64,000 bases of DNA from Candidatus Micrarchaeota archaeon (GTDB taxonomy: Archaea; Micrarchaeota; Micrarchaeia; Anstonellales; JAHKLY01), in assembly GCA_020854825.1 (NCBI GenBank), contig JAHKLY010000006.1, forward strand, positions 10,743 to 74,742, in the 5' to 3' direction. Positions 47,358 to 56,684 of this stretch are shown here, piece after piece; position 1 is the first letter of the stretch, and the number at the start of each line of letters is the position of its first letter. The translations under genes were made by a program, and so were the position numbers. The notes beneath the pieces were generated by a model, which saw only the letters and a list, made by a program, of their open reading frames with translations, did not search any database and was not told where the DNA came from.

Positions 47358-48536
47358 ATGGAGATAAATATGAAAATAGCTATTATAGGAGATACACATT
47401 TTGGATATAAACGATTTCAAGAAGATAGTTTTTCTCAAGGTGCAGAATCTATTTTATCTGCATATGAAAAAGCAGAGATGATAATTTTAGCAGGAGATAT
47501 ATTTGATACAAAAATTCCAACTATGGAAACTATAGGAGAAACAGTCACTATTTTTGAAATTTTAAAAAATAAAGATTGGGAAGTTAAATATTCAAATGAT
47601 ATATCTAAAATCCCTATTGCTGCTATCCATGGAACACATGAAAGAAGAACAAAAGGAAGCTTAAATCCAATCCAACTACTTGCTAAGATGAACTATTTAA
47701 TAGATGTAGATAATAACTGCTCTATCTTTGATTTAAACGAAGAAAAAGTATGTATACAAGGAATGGGAGGAGTACCTGATGAATTCGCTAAAAACACTTT
47801 AAGGGCCTTAGAATTAAAACCTAAAGAAGGAATGTTTAATATATTGGTTTTACATCAATCTATAAAAGAATTCATGTATATAGGCGAAAAAACCTCTTCT
47901 TTGATATCTTTAAATGATCTACCCCAAGGTTTTGATTTATATATAAATGGCCATATTCATGATTATAAAACTGGATTAGAAGGTAAATTTATTATCCCCG
48001 GGAGTACAGTAGTTACTCAATTAAAGCCAAACGAACAAGGAGATAAAGGATATGTAATTTATGATACAAATACAAAAACACATGAATTTATCCCTATAAA
48101 AACTAGAAATTTTAAATTTAAAGAATTAACTTTTGAAGAAGCGAATATAACAGATATAGAGAACAAATGTAGAAAAACAATAGAAGAAGCAATACAGCAA
48201 TACAAAGAAAAACCAATTATTAAAATCAATTTAAAAGGAAATTTGAAAAAAGGATTAGAAACAAAAGATTTGGATTTATCTTTTCAAAAGGAATACAAAG
48301 ATAAATGCTTTTTATTCATTTCAAATGAATTAAATTCTGAAAGTTTAAAACAAAAAATAGACAAAATAAGAGAAATAAGAGAAGAAAAAAAATCAATTAA
48401 AGATTTTGGCGCTTTAATATTCGGTGAAAAACTAAAAAATGCCGGAATAGAATTAAACAACCCAGGCGCTGTTTTAGATGAGCTCACAGATAAACCTGAA
48501 CAGATAATAGAAAGGATAAAATCCCAAGAGGATTAA
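47358..48536 (+). CDS. Mre11/SbcD-like calcineurin-fold phosphoesterase
   Basis: Phosphoesterase motifs IIGDTHFG (I), LAGDIFD (II), IHGTHER (III), VLHQ (IV), INGHIHD (V). No adjacent Rad50/HerA/NurA. Confidence 0.6.
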   Translation: MEINMKIAIIGDTHFGYKRFQEDSFSQGAESILSAYEKAEMIILAGDIFDTKIPTMETIGETVTIFEILKNKDWEVKYSNDISKIPIAAIHGTHERRTKGSLNPIQLLAKMNYLIDVDNNCSIFDLNEEKVCIQGMGGVPDEFAKNTLRALELKPKEGMFNILVLHQSIKEFMYIGEKTSSLISLNDLPQGFDLYINGHIHDYKTGLEGKFIIPGSTVVTQLKPNEQGDKGYVIYDTNTKTHEFIPIKTRNFKFKELTFEEANITDIENKCRKTIEEAIQQYKEKPIIKINLKGNLKKGLETKDLDLSFQKEYKDKCFLFISNELNSESLKQKIDKIREIREEKKSIKDFGALIFGEKLKNAGIELNNPGAVLDELTDKPEQIIERIKSQED

Positions 48537-48542
48537 CTACTA

Positions 48543-48962
48543 CTATTTATTATTAATTTCAATGTGCTTTACTCCTTTTGCAGGTCCTTTTATAATAAAA
48601 ATATCTGGAGCAGCACAACCAGTACAACCAGAAACTGTTCCTCTGTTTGCAGTTATAATACTCTTTTCGTTTTCTCTTAAAATTCTAATTTCATTAAAAT
48701 ATCCACAACAATTATTAGAAGATAAAAAAACATTTATATTATCATACTCATCTATATAAGGATCAAAATAATTATTATAATTTGAACCTGTTGTATAAAC
48801 ATTAATAAATTCCCATTCACTAGACACATATGTTTCTGGACAACCAAAACAAGCTTTTTGATAAATCAACTCTCCTTTTTCAGTATTTAAATAACTTAAT
48901 ATTAAGAAAAATACTGCAACTAAGATTAAAATTATAATTCCAATAATATATTCTTTTTTCAT
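48543..48962 (-). CDS. Hypothetical N-terminally anchored Cys-rich protein
   Basis: TM IIGIIILILVAVFFLILSYL. Cys pairs CFGCPE, NNCCGY, SGCTGC. Confidence 0.35.
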   Translation of the reverse strand: MKKEYIIGIIILILVAVFFLILSYLNTEKGELIYQKACFGCPETYVSSEWEFINVYTTGSNYNNYFDPYIDEYDNINVFLSSNNCCGYFNEIRILRENEKSIITANRGTVSGCTGCAAPDIFIIKGPAKGVKHIEINNK

Positions 48963-48963
48963 T

Positions 48964-49677
48964 TTATCCTCCCATAAAATAAAAGAAATAAATTAATCCT
49001 AAAATTATTAAGATTAAAATTATTCCCAACACATAATATAAACCATATTTTTTAAAATAAAATTCCCTTTTTGTTCGCGCTCGTTTTTTCATCAAATCTT
49101 CTTCTGGCTCTATGACTTCTGTAATTTTTGTTTGAACTTCTTCTTTTTCAAATTTTTCTTGTCTATTCTCTTTTCTTTGTTCTTCTTTATTTTCCAAATC
49201 TGTAAAATCGACTGCCCCTATTACATTAAATCCATTTTCTGTTAAAGAAACAAACAGTTCAGTAGATCGAATATAATAATCTATATATGACTGGACATAT
49301 AATTTTTCTAAATGGAATGCTAAATCTTCACTTCTTATATTAATTTTTTCATTTAATTCAGTTAATTTTGATGTTCCTTTAGCTATTGCTGTTAAAATAG
49401 TACTATCTAAATTATCTAATTGCTCTTTAGATTTTTTTTCAGCAACTTCAAGAATGTACTTTCCTTTTGATGCCAAGGATACTTTACTATTCCCTCCTAT
49501 AGACTGTTCAAAATCTATTAATCCTTTAATTTTCATAGTTCCCAATAGATTAGCGGTTTCAAAAAAAGAAGTATTAATTCTACTGCCAAATTTTTCAATA
49601 TATGTATCCTCATCTATTCTATGTAAAATTGCAATATCTAAAAATGTTAGCTCATTCATAAGAAATATATATTTCAA
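48964..49677 (-). CDS. Hypothetical protein with C-terminal TM anchor
   Basis: C-terminal …YGLYYVLGIILILIILGLIYFFYFMGG hydrophobic anchor. Charged coiled-coil-like middle region. Confidence 0.35.
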   Translation of the reverse strand: MKYIFLMNELTFLDIAILHRIDEDTYIEKFGSRINTSFFETANLLGTMKIKGLIDFEQSIGGNSKVSLASKGKYILEVAEKKSKEQLDNLDSTILTAIAKGTSKLTELNEKINIRSEDLAFHLEKLYVQSYIDYYIRSTELFVSLTENGFNVIGAVDFTDLENKEEQRKENRQEKFEKEEVQTKITEVIEPEEDLMKKRARTKREFYFKKYGLYYVLGIILILIILGLIYFFYFMGG

Positions 49678-49711
49678 TAAGATTTTTAATACATACCTTC
49701 TAAATTGCTTT

Positions 49712-50956
49712 ATGAAATTAAAGTTTTTAGGGGGAGTTCAGGAAGTTGGTAAAAGTGCAACATTAGTTGAAACTGATATTAAAACCCTTTTAGAATATGG
49801 TTTAAAAATTAGACAAACTGAAGAAAGTAGCAGATTTCCAGAACCCTTTGGGAATTTTCTAGATGTATTAGCTGTTGGTCACTGTCATATTGATCATTCT
49901 GGTTTTTTACCAGGAGTATTTGATATCTGTTCCCCAACGGTTTTAGGAACAAGACCAACAAAAGATTTAATTGAATTATTACTCGAAGATTCAATGAAAC
50001 TAATGGAAGAAATACCCTATAGATTAACAAGTTATAAACAATTGATGAAAAATTTTGTTACACTAGATTATGAAAAACCTTATTTTTCTGGAAAAACTTC
50101 AATAAAACTACTCGATGCAGGTCATATAACCGGTTCTGCAATGATAGATATACGACATGAAAAAAAGAGGCTGTTGTATACTAGTGATTTCAACACTACA
50201 GATACTATGCTTCACAACGGAACTAGTGCACCAAAAACAAACGATTATTCTGCTTTAATTTTAGAAAGTACATATTCTGAAAGAGATCATCCAAATAGAA
50301 AACAAACAGAACAAGAATTTTATAACAAAATAAAAGAAGTTTATGAAGACAATGGACATATATTAGTACCTGCATTTGCAGTAGATAGAGCTCAAGAAAT
50401 AATAAATGTTATAAGAAAATTTGATAAACATATCCCAATCTATCTAGACGGAATGTGTAATGATGCAACAGATATTATGTTTAAGCATAAAAACTTCTTA
50501 AGAGATCCAAAACAATTTAGAAAATTTATGGATTCCATAGAAAGAGTTTATGGATTTAGGCAAAGAAAAAGCGTTTTAAATGAACCTTGTGTAGTTGTTA
50601 CAACTGCTGGAATGTTAACAGGTGGACCTGCAATGTATTATATACCTAATTTAAATAAAAATTCTGTGATATTATTTACAGGCTATTGTGTTGAAGGAAC
50701 AAATGGTTGGACTTTACAAAATAAAGGAACTATGATGATTGATAAAAAAGAAGTGAAAATCGAAACTCCTTATCAATATTTTGATTTTTCAGCACACGCA
50801 GGTAAAAAAGAATTAATACAATTTGCTAAAGATTTAAATCCAGAAAAAATATTTTGTGTACATGGAGAAAAATGTAATGAATTTGCAGATGAACTTACAA
50901 AAGAACATGGGTTTAAAGCAGTTGCACCAAAATTAAACGAAGAATTTAAGGTATGA
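49712..50956 (+). CDS. Beta-CASP family metallo-beta-lactamase ribonuclease (aCPSF2-like, no KH domains)
   Basis: MKLKFLGGVQEVGKSATLVE…VLAVGHCHIDHSGFLPGVF (HxHxDH). Beta-CASP motifs …ESTYSERDH…, …FSAHAGKKEL…, …CVHGE…. Start moved to the internal MKLKFLGG. Confidence 0.65.
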   Translation: MKLKFLGGVQEVGKSATLVETDIKTLLEYGLKIRQTEESSRFPEPFGNFLDVLAVGHCHIDHSGFLPGVFDICSPTVLGTRPTKDLIELLLEDSMKLMEEIPYRLTSYKQLMKNFVTLDYEKPYFSGKTSIKLLDAGHITGSAMIDIRHEKKRLLYTSDFNTTDTMLHNGTSAPKTNDYSALILESTYSERDHPNRKQTEQEFYNKIKEVYEDNGHILVPAFAVDRAQEIINVIRKFDKHIPIYLDGMCNDATDIMFKHKNFLRDPKQFRKFMDSIERVYGFRQRKSVLNEPCVVVTTAGMLTGGPAMYYIPNLNKNSVILFTGYCVEGTNGWTLQNKGTMMIDKKEVKIETPYQYFDFSAHAGKKELIQFAKDLNPEKIFCVHGEKCNEFADELTKEHGFKAVAPKLNEEFKV

Positions 50957-50992
50957 AGATACATTTTTAAACACAAAAACTTAAAGTATATT

Positions 50993-51511
50993 ATGCAAAA
51001 ATTGAAGAAAATATTAGAAATAGGTACTGGTTTAAGATTTCCTGTCTACGAGTGTTTAATAGAAACCAAACAAATATCTAATTCATTTTATGTTGGTATT
51101 GACATAGATCCTCAAATTTTAAAAAGAGCTAGAATTTTATTGGATAATCCCGATAAATTCCCTAATTTTTCATTTGTGTGTGCTGATATATTAGCTCCGT
51201 ATCCACCTTTTGAAGAGAATATTTTTGATATAATTCATTGTCATATGATAACTATAAAAAATGGTTTTGATGAAGAAAATAAATATCCTAAATTAATAAA
51301 AAAAATTTACAAATTACTTAAATATGGTGGGGAATTTTATATATCTGCAGACCATAATATTTTTAACACCAAATCAGAAGATTACGGAGGATTAGATGAT
51401 TTATTAAAAAATACTTTTTCAGAATTAAATTCTCATATGGGTGTTCCGTTTACAAATAAATTTAGTAACTGGTCTATGTTTTCTAAATACTATGCATATT
51501 GCAAAAAATAA
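50993..51511 (+). CDS. Class I SAM-dependent methyltransferase (putative)
   Basis: LEIGTGLRF (motif I-like), VGIDIDPQILKRAR (motif II region), …DIIHCHM…. Confidence 0.45.
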   Translation: MQKLKKILEIGTGLRFPVYECLIETKQISNSFYVGIDIDPQILKRARILLDNPDKFPNFSFVCADILAPYPPFEENIFDIIHCHMITIKNGFDEENKYPKLIKKIYKLLKYGGEFYISADHNIFNTKSEDYGGLDDLLKNTFSELNSHMGVPFTNKFSNWSMFSKYYAYCKK

Positions 51512-51563
51512 CTGCCAAGTATTTAAATGTTTTCTTTGTAAATATTTTCATTGAGGAGAGCAT

Positions 51564-53276
51564 ATGATTCCAGATGTATTTTTTGAGATAACATTAATAT
51601 TTGCATTAACTATATTAATTTGTGGAATAATCAAAATGTTAAAACAACCCTTAATTATTGGATATATTATTTCTGGGATTATTGCAGGCCCATTTTTTTT
51701 AAGTTTAACAAATTCTATTGATACTTTATCTATTTTTGCAAGTATGGGAATTGCTTTTCTTTTATTCCTAGTTGGTTTAAATTTAAATCCTAAAACAATT
51801 AAAGAAATTGGAAAAATATCAATTATTACTGGAGTAGGACAAGTATTATTTACTTCTATACTGGGATTTATAATATGTCAATTGCTTGGTTTTTCGATAA
51901 TTGAATCTGTATACATAAGTATTGCACTTACTTTTAGCAGTACTATTATCATTATGAAACTCTTATCAGATAAAAAAGATTTAGAAACATTATATGGAAA
52001 AATCTCTATTGGATTTTTAATAGTACAAGATTTTATTGTTATATTCATCCTTATGTTTTTAACTCAAAACCTAGAGGGCGGAAATATAGGTGAAACCATA
52101 TTATACTCAATAGCAAAAGGGATAGGTATTTTCTTTGTATTGGGAGCTATCGCATGGTGGATAATACCTAAAATTACAAATTTTATTGCTAAATCACAAG
52201 AATATTTACTCTTATTTTCAATTGGTTGGTGTTTAATAATATCTAGTATTTTCCATATGTTTAACTTTTCAATTGAAGCAGGTGCTCTTATAGCAGGTAT
52301 GATGCTATCTTTTTCACCATATCATTATGAAATAAGTTCACGTGTAAGACCTCTACGTGATTTTTTAATTGTATTATTTTTTATTTTATTGGGTTCACAA
52401 ATGGTTTTTGGAGATATATTTAATCAAATTCCAATAATTATTATTCTGTCTGTTTTGATATTAGTAGGTAATCCATTAATTGTTATTATACTGATGGGCT
52501 GGTTTGGGTATACAAAAAGAAATGGGTTTAAAGCAGGATTAACCGTAGCACAAATTAGTGAGTTCTCCCTCATTTTAATTACAGTAGGTATTAAACTTGA
52601 ACACCTTACTATTGAAATACTTTCTTTGGTTACAATTGTAGGAATAATTACCATAACTGGATCAACATATTTAATTTTATATTCTGATAAAATATATCCT
52701 TACTTATCTGGATTTCTGTCACTATTTGAAAGAAAAGGAAAAAAAATTGATGAACATAAGTATCAAAAAGAAAATTCATATACAATTGTATTGTTTGGGT
52801 ACAATAGAATAGGTTTTGACGTCCTTAAGGCATTGAAAAAAATAAATGATAAAGTGCTCGTAGTTGATTATGACCCAAATATAATACTCCAATTATATAA
52901 TGAAGGGATTGATAGTAGATATGGAGATGCAAATGATGTAGAATTAATACAAGAACTTAATCTTCATAATTCAAAAATGGTAATATCTACAATACCAGAC
53001 CTCGAAACAAATATAATTTTGTTAAGACAAATTAAATTGAAGAAAAAAAGACCTATGTTTTTATCTGTAGCCACACAGTTTGAAGATGCATTAGAACTTT
53101 ATAAATCTGGCGCAGATTATGTAATTATGCCATATTTCCTAGGAGGAACAAAAGTTTCTTCAATGATTGAAAAATATAAATTTAGTACTAAAGAATTTAC
53201 GAAAGAAAAAAGTGAACATATTCAATATCTTAAAAAAAGACAAAAAGAATGCAAAGATCCAGATTTAAAATATTAA
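51564..53276 (+). CDS. Kef-type monovalent cation:proton antiporter (CPA2) with C-terminal RCK/TrkA-N domain
   Basis: 12-13 TM segments (…IIGYIISGIIAGPFFL…). C-terminal Rossmann-like IVLFGYNRIGFDVLKAL…KVLVVDYDP… typical of KefB/KefC RCK domains. Confidence 0.75.
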   Translation: MIPDVFFEITLIFALTILICGIIKMLKQPLIIGYIISGIIAGPFFLSLTNSIDTLSIFASMGIAFLLFLVGLNLNPKTIKEIGKISIITGVGQVLFTSILGFIICQLLGFSIIESVYISIALTFSSTIIIMKLLSDKKDLETLYGKISIGFLIVQDFIVIFILMFLTQNLEGGNIGETILYSIAKGIGIFFVLGAIAWWIIPKITNFIAKSQEYLLLFSIGWCLIISSIFHMFNFSIEAGALIAGMMLSFSPYHYEISSRVRPLRDFLIVLFFILLGSQMVFGDIFNQIPIIIILSVLILVGNPLIVIILMGWFGYTKRNGFKAGLTVAQISEFSLILITVGIKLEHLTIEILSLVTIVGIITITGSTYLILYSDKIYPYLSGFLSLFERKGKKIDEHKYQKENSYTIVLFGYNRIGFDVLKALKKINDKVLVVDYDPNIILQLYNEGIDSRYGDANDVELIQELNLHNSKMVISTIPDLETNIILLRQIKLKKKRPMFLSVATQFEDALELYKSGADYVIMPYFLGGTKVSSMIEKYKFSTKEFTKEKSEHIQYLKKRQKECKDPDLKY

Positions 53277-53304
53277 ATTTTAAATTAAAGAAAAGGAATA
53301 AGAA

Positions 53305-54213
53305 TTACCAAAACCAATAATAAGCTGATACACCAACTGTGGATTTATCTTCTTTAACTATTTTAACTTTTGCTTCCATAATCACTTCCTGATACTTTGA
53401 GGATGTACCACTCAAAATTATTAGAAGGGTTTGGGCACCTGCAATTGTTGCTCCTTCTGAATCTACAGCCGCTTGTAATAAAGTATTTGTACCTGTAAGG
53501 CCAATAAAATTAATTGTCATTCCAATTGTGGGGTCAAACTCTGATACTGGTGAATTTCCATATACTGAAAAAACCCCATAACAAGATAATAAACCTGAAG
53601 CAGTAACACCTCTCCTATACTCTGGAATATCCTCCATACCAAAAACAGCACCTAAACTGATATTAATATCCGACTCACAGAGAGGGAATACAAAGTATTC
53701 TACACCTATTCGTGCACCAACATCTGTTTCTCCACTTAGTTTCTTATGATCCACAAATATCTGTGCACCAGTAGTTATCTGTTGTTCCGTTGCATCTATT
53801 GCAAATCCTCCTTCCAGAAGTATATCTTGGTCGTTCCTATTTAAAATTAAATGGGTTGAAGTGGATGTTGTGTTTGATAGAGGCATTATCAACTTCAAAC
53901 CTACTTTACTTGTTATATCTCCAGAATAATTATCAACACCTACAACTGCATGTGTATTTGCACATCTTAAATATCCCATTAGATCTGCGTCATTAGTTAT
54001 TGCTAAAACTGGGGTTGCTGCTAACCATCCTGCTAAAAATGCTTCTGTTGGATGATTTACAACTAAATCATAAACTAATTTTACATTCTCAGCAAAATTT
54101 CTACCAAACTCTTTAACTGCGCTTAAAGCACTTCTTTTTGTAGGTGTTGTCCTTTTTCGTCTGTTTGAATAAAATATATCCCCATTATAATTTAATTTTC
54201 CCATATTCTTCAA
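53305..54213 (-). CDS. Hypothetical Lys-poor, Gly/Ala/Thr/Val-rich beta-type protein with basic N-terminal arm (SNRRKRTTPTKRS) and C-terminal …SAYYWFW
   Basis: Uninterrupted 909-nt ORF in an AT-rich genome. Amino-acid composition unlike neighbouring Lys/Asn-rich proteins. No signal peptide or catalytic motif recognised. Confidence 0.4.
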   Translation of the reverse strand: MKNMGKLNYNGDIFYSNRRKRTTPTKRSALSAVKEFGRNFAENVKLVYDLVVNHPTEAFLAGWLAATPVLAITNDADLMGYLRCANTHAVVGVDNYSGDITSKVGLKLIMPLSNTTSTSTHLILNRNDQDILLEGGFAIDATEQQITTGAQIFVDHKKLSGETDVGARIGVEYFVFPLCESDINISLGAVFGMEDIPEYRRGVTASGLLSCYGVFSVYGNSPVSEFDPTIGMTINFIGLTGTNTLLQAAVDSEGATIAGAQTLLIILSGTSSKYQEVIMEAKVKIVKEDKSTVGVSAYYWFW

Positions 54214-54313
54214 CCTCCGTTATGTGTTTAATAATTAATATATGTGTTCTTGAGTTTAAACGGGTTTGCATTTATATATTTTAATAAAATAGAAATAAAA
54301 ATAGTAATAATAT

Positions 54314-55018
54314 CTAATCTTTCACAATAGTTCCTTTATGCGCTTTGCCTTGTATTATCTTTTCAACGTCTTTTAAGTTGTTAGCGCTTATGAAATGTAA
54401 TTCAATATTATATTTTTGCGCTAGTTTTGTTGCTTTTTGATCAAACACTAAATTTTGTCCTGCTTTATAAATTTTTGAAGTTTTTAAAATTAGCGCACTT
54501 AATTCTTTATGTGTCATTTCTGGTATTTTTTTAGCGCTTTTATATTTATTAGGATCTTTATCATAAACACCATCAACATTACTTATATTAATAACTTTTG
54601 CTTTGTTTTTAGCTATTGCTAATTCAATTGTATCCATATCTGATGTATGCCCCGGTACATCTCCGCCTTGAAAAACAAATTGGTATTTATCCAATAATTT
54701 AGCACTTTCTTTATAATCTTGACCAATTGTTTCATATGTTTTATTTGTTTTTTCTATAAAATAAGAAGCAACACATTGTGCATTAACACGCGTACAATAA
54801 ATACCTACCCAATCTAAAGATGTTTTATTTTTTGTATATTCTCTAAGTTCGGGAAGCAAATTTCTAAATAGTTTTCCTCCTCCAACAACAACTCCAAATC
54901 TAATCTTATGTTTTTTATTTAAATTAATCAAAAGATCTCCGAATGCTTTAATTAATTTACTATTTAATTTTCCAGAATTTACTACGCTTCCCCCTAATGA
55001 AATTATTACTGTTTTCAT
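54314..55018 (-). CDS. pyrH: UMP kinase (archaeal PyrH, amino-acid-kinase fold)
   Basis: MKTVIISLGGSVV…FGVVVGGGKLFRN…VGIYCTRVNAQ…FQGGDVPGHTSDMDTIELA…VINISNVDGVYDKDPNKYKSAKKI… matches archaeal UMP kinase. Confidence 0.8.
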   Translation of the reverse strand: MKTVIISLGGSVVNSGKLNSKLIKAFGDLLINLNKKHKIRFGVVVGGGKLFRNLLPELREYTKNKTSLDWVGIYCTRVNAQCVASYFIEKTNKTYETIGQDYKESAKLLDKYQFVFQGGDVPGHTSDMDTIELAIAKNKAKVINISNVDGVYDKDPNKYKSAKKIPEMTHKELSALILKTSKIYKAGQNLVFDQKATKLAQKYNIELHFISANNLKDVEKIIQGKAHKGTIVKD

Positions 55019-55078
55019 AATAAAACAAAGTAGGTATATATTTTAAACCTTACTTTTCTAATCCTATTAGGTGAAAAA

Positions 55079-55639
55079 ATGATTGATATGAATTTAAATA
55101 AGATGATAAAAGAATTTGAAAAAAAAGAAAAGGAACAAACAGAAGTATTAGAACAAAAAAGAGCATTAGTAAGAGACTGCTCCAATGCAATAAAAGAAAT
55201 TCATAGAAGAAAATTAGAACCTGCCAAAAAACTCATAACAAACGTAGAAGAAGGATTAAAAAAACTTAAAAAATACGAAAAGGATTTTGCCGTTCACTTA
55301 GAACATATTGAACAAGAATATACTGAAGCAATTGTTCTTTTAGAGATTGTTGAAACTAAAAACTGTTCTCCTCCTACTAAATTAAAAGTTTCAGATATTT
55401 CTTATCTAAATGGCCTCATGGATGTAATTGGGGAATTAAGAAGAGAAATGTTGGATTTATTAAGAAAAGATAATTATAAAGAAGCTGAAAGGATGTTTGA
55501 TGCTATGGAAAAAATTTTTGAATCTGTTGAACCAGTTCAGTTTTCTAATTCAATAGTTCCTGGGTTTAGAAGAAAACAAGATGTAGCTAGAAGACAAATT
55601 GAACAGGCAAGAAGCGAGATTTTATATTCAAAAAGGTGA
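55079..55639 (+). CDS. Translin-family protein (putative)
   Basis: Helical protein with …DISYLNGLMDVIGELRREMLDLLRKDNYKEAERMFDAMEKIFE…, resembling the translin/TRAX Y..GL.D..GEL.R signature. Confidence 0.4.
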   Translation: MIDMNLNKMIKEFEKKEKEQTEVLEQKRALVRDCSNAIKEIHRRKLEPAKKLITNVEEGLKKLKKYEKDFAVHLEHIEQEYTEAIVLLEIVETKNCSPPTKLKVSDISYLNGLMDVIGELRREMLDLLRKDNYKEAERMFDAMEKIFESVEPVQFSNSIVPGFRRKQDVARRQIEQARSEILYSKR

Positions 55640-55643
55640 TAAA

Positions 55644-56636
55644 ATGCAAAAAATAATTGGAGTTTTGTTTTTAATTGTAATACTTGCTTTTGGATGTACA
55701 GTATTTGAAAGAGAAGAAAAACAATCAACAATACCAGATCCTAATCAAAGTATTGAAGATATAAATGAAAATATTTATCAGCCTCCTAAACCAGTTTATG
55801 AAAATGTTATGAATAATACCATACGATATGATGAGCAACCCTCAGCAGAATTAGAAATTTATTTTATTAATGTTGGTATGGGAGATAGTATCCTTCTTAA
55901 AAAAGGTAATTTTGATGTACTCATAGATGCAGGTGGACAAGGAGAAAAAGTTATTAATTTTTTAGAAGAAAAGAAAGTAGATGATTTGGAGTTAGTTATT
56001 GCCACTAAATATACTCAAACTAGTGTTTCAGATATGCGTAGAGTATTACAAAAATATAAAGTAGAACAGTATTGGGATAATGGATTAATAGATAAAGAAA
56101 ACATTTATTATGATGAAATTTATGAAATATTAGAATCTAAGAATATCCCGGTAAAACACCCCATATCTGGAGAAAGAATTGTTTTGAATGGTATATCTAT
56201 TAGTGTTTTAAATCCCCAAGAAAAAAGATATTTAGAAACAAACCCTACTTTGAACTCAATAACATTGTATATTGTAGATAGAAATTTCTCATTATATTTA
56301 AGTGACGTTGAAGCAGGCGTTCAAAATACAATTTTATCAAATTATCCAAATATTAAATCAAATATTATGAAAGTCCCTAACCATGGTGCAAGCACAGTAT
56401 CTGTGGGAGGAGATGCAAGAGTAGAATTGTTTCATCTGATAGATAAAGTTAAACCGGAATATGCAATTATCTCGGTTGGACAAACGGAATTAGAAATTCC
56501 AAATCCAACTGTTTTAGAAGCATTTAGATTAAGGGGAGCAAAAACATTAAGAACAGATTTAAATGGGACAATAAGCATAATAACAGACGGTTATGAATAT
56601 GAAATACTCTCCTCCAATTCACAAAACAAAAAATAA
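55644..56636 (+). CDS. Secreted lipoprotein with ComEC/Rec2-like metallo-beta-lactamase domain; canonical HxHxDH replaced by TKYTQT
   Basis: MQKIIGVLFLIVILAFGC lipobox. …EIYFINVGMGDSILLKKGNFDVLIDAGGQG… and …MKVPNHGASTVS…KPEYAIISVG… match ComEC-type MBL motifs (LDVGQGD, VPHHGS). First His motif region reads LVIATKYTQTSVSD. Start moved to M16. Confidence 0.5.
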   Translation: MQKIIGVLFLIVILAFGCTVFEREEKQSTIPDPNQSIEDINENIYQPPKPVYENVMNNTIRYDEQPSAELEIYFINVGMGDSILLKKGNFDVLIDAGGQGEKVINFLEEKKVDDLELVIATKYTQTSVSDMRRVLQKYKVEQYWDNGLIDKENIYYDEIYEILESKNIPVKHPISGERIVLNGISISVLNPQEKRYLETNPTLNSITLYIVDRNFSLYLSDVEAGVQNTILSNYPNIKSNIMKVPNHGASTVSVGGDARVELFHLIDKVKPEYAIISVGQTELEIPNPTVLEAFRLRGAKTLRTDLNGTISIITDGYEYEILSSNSQNKK

Positions 56637-56684
56637 ATTTTTAATTCGTATTCGGTTTTCTATTATTTTTTAGATTCTTATACT

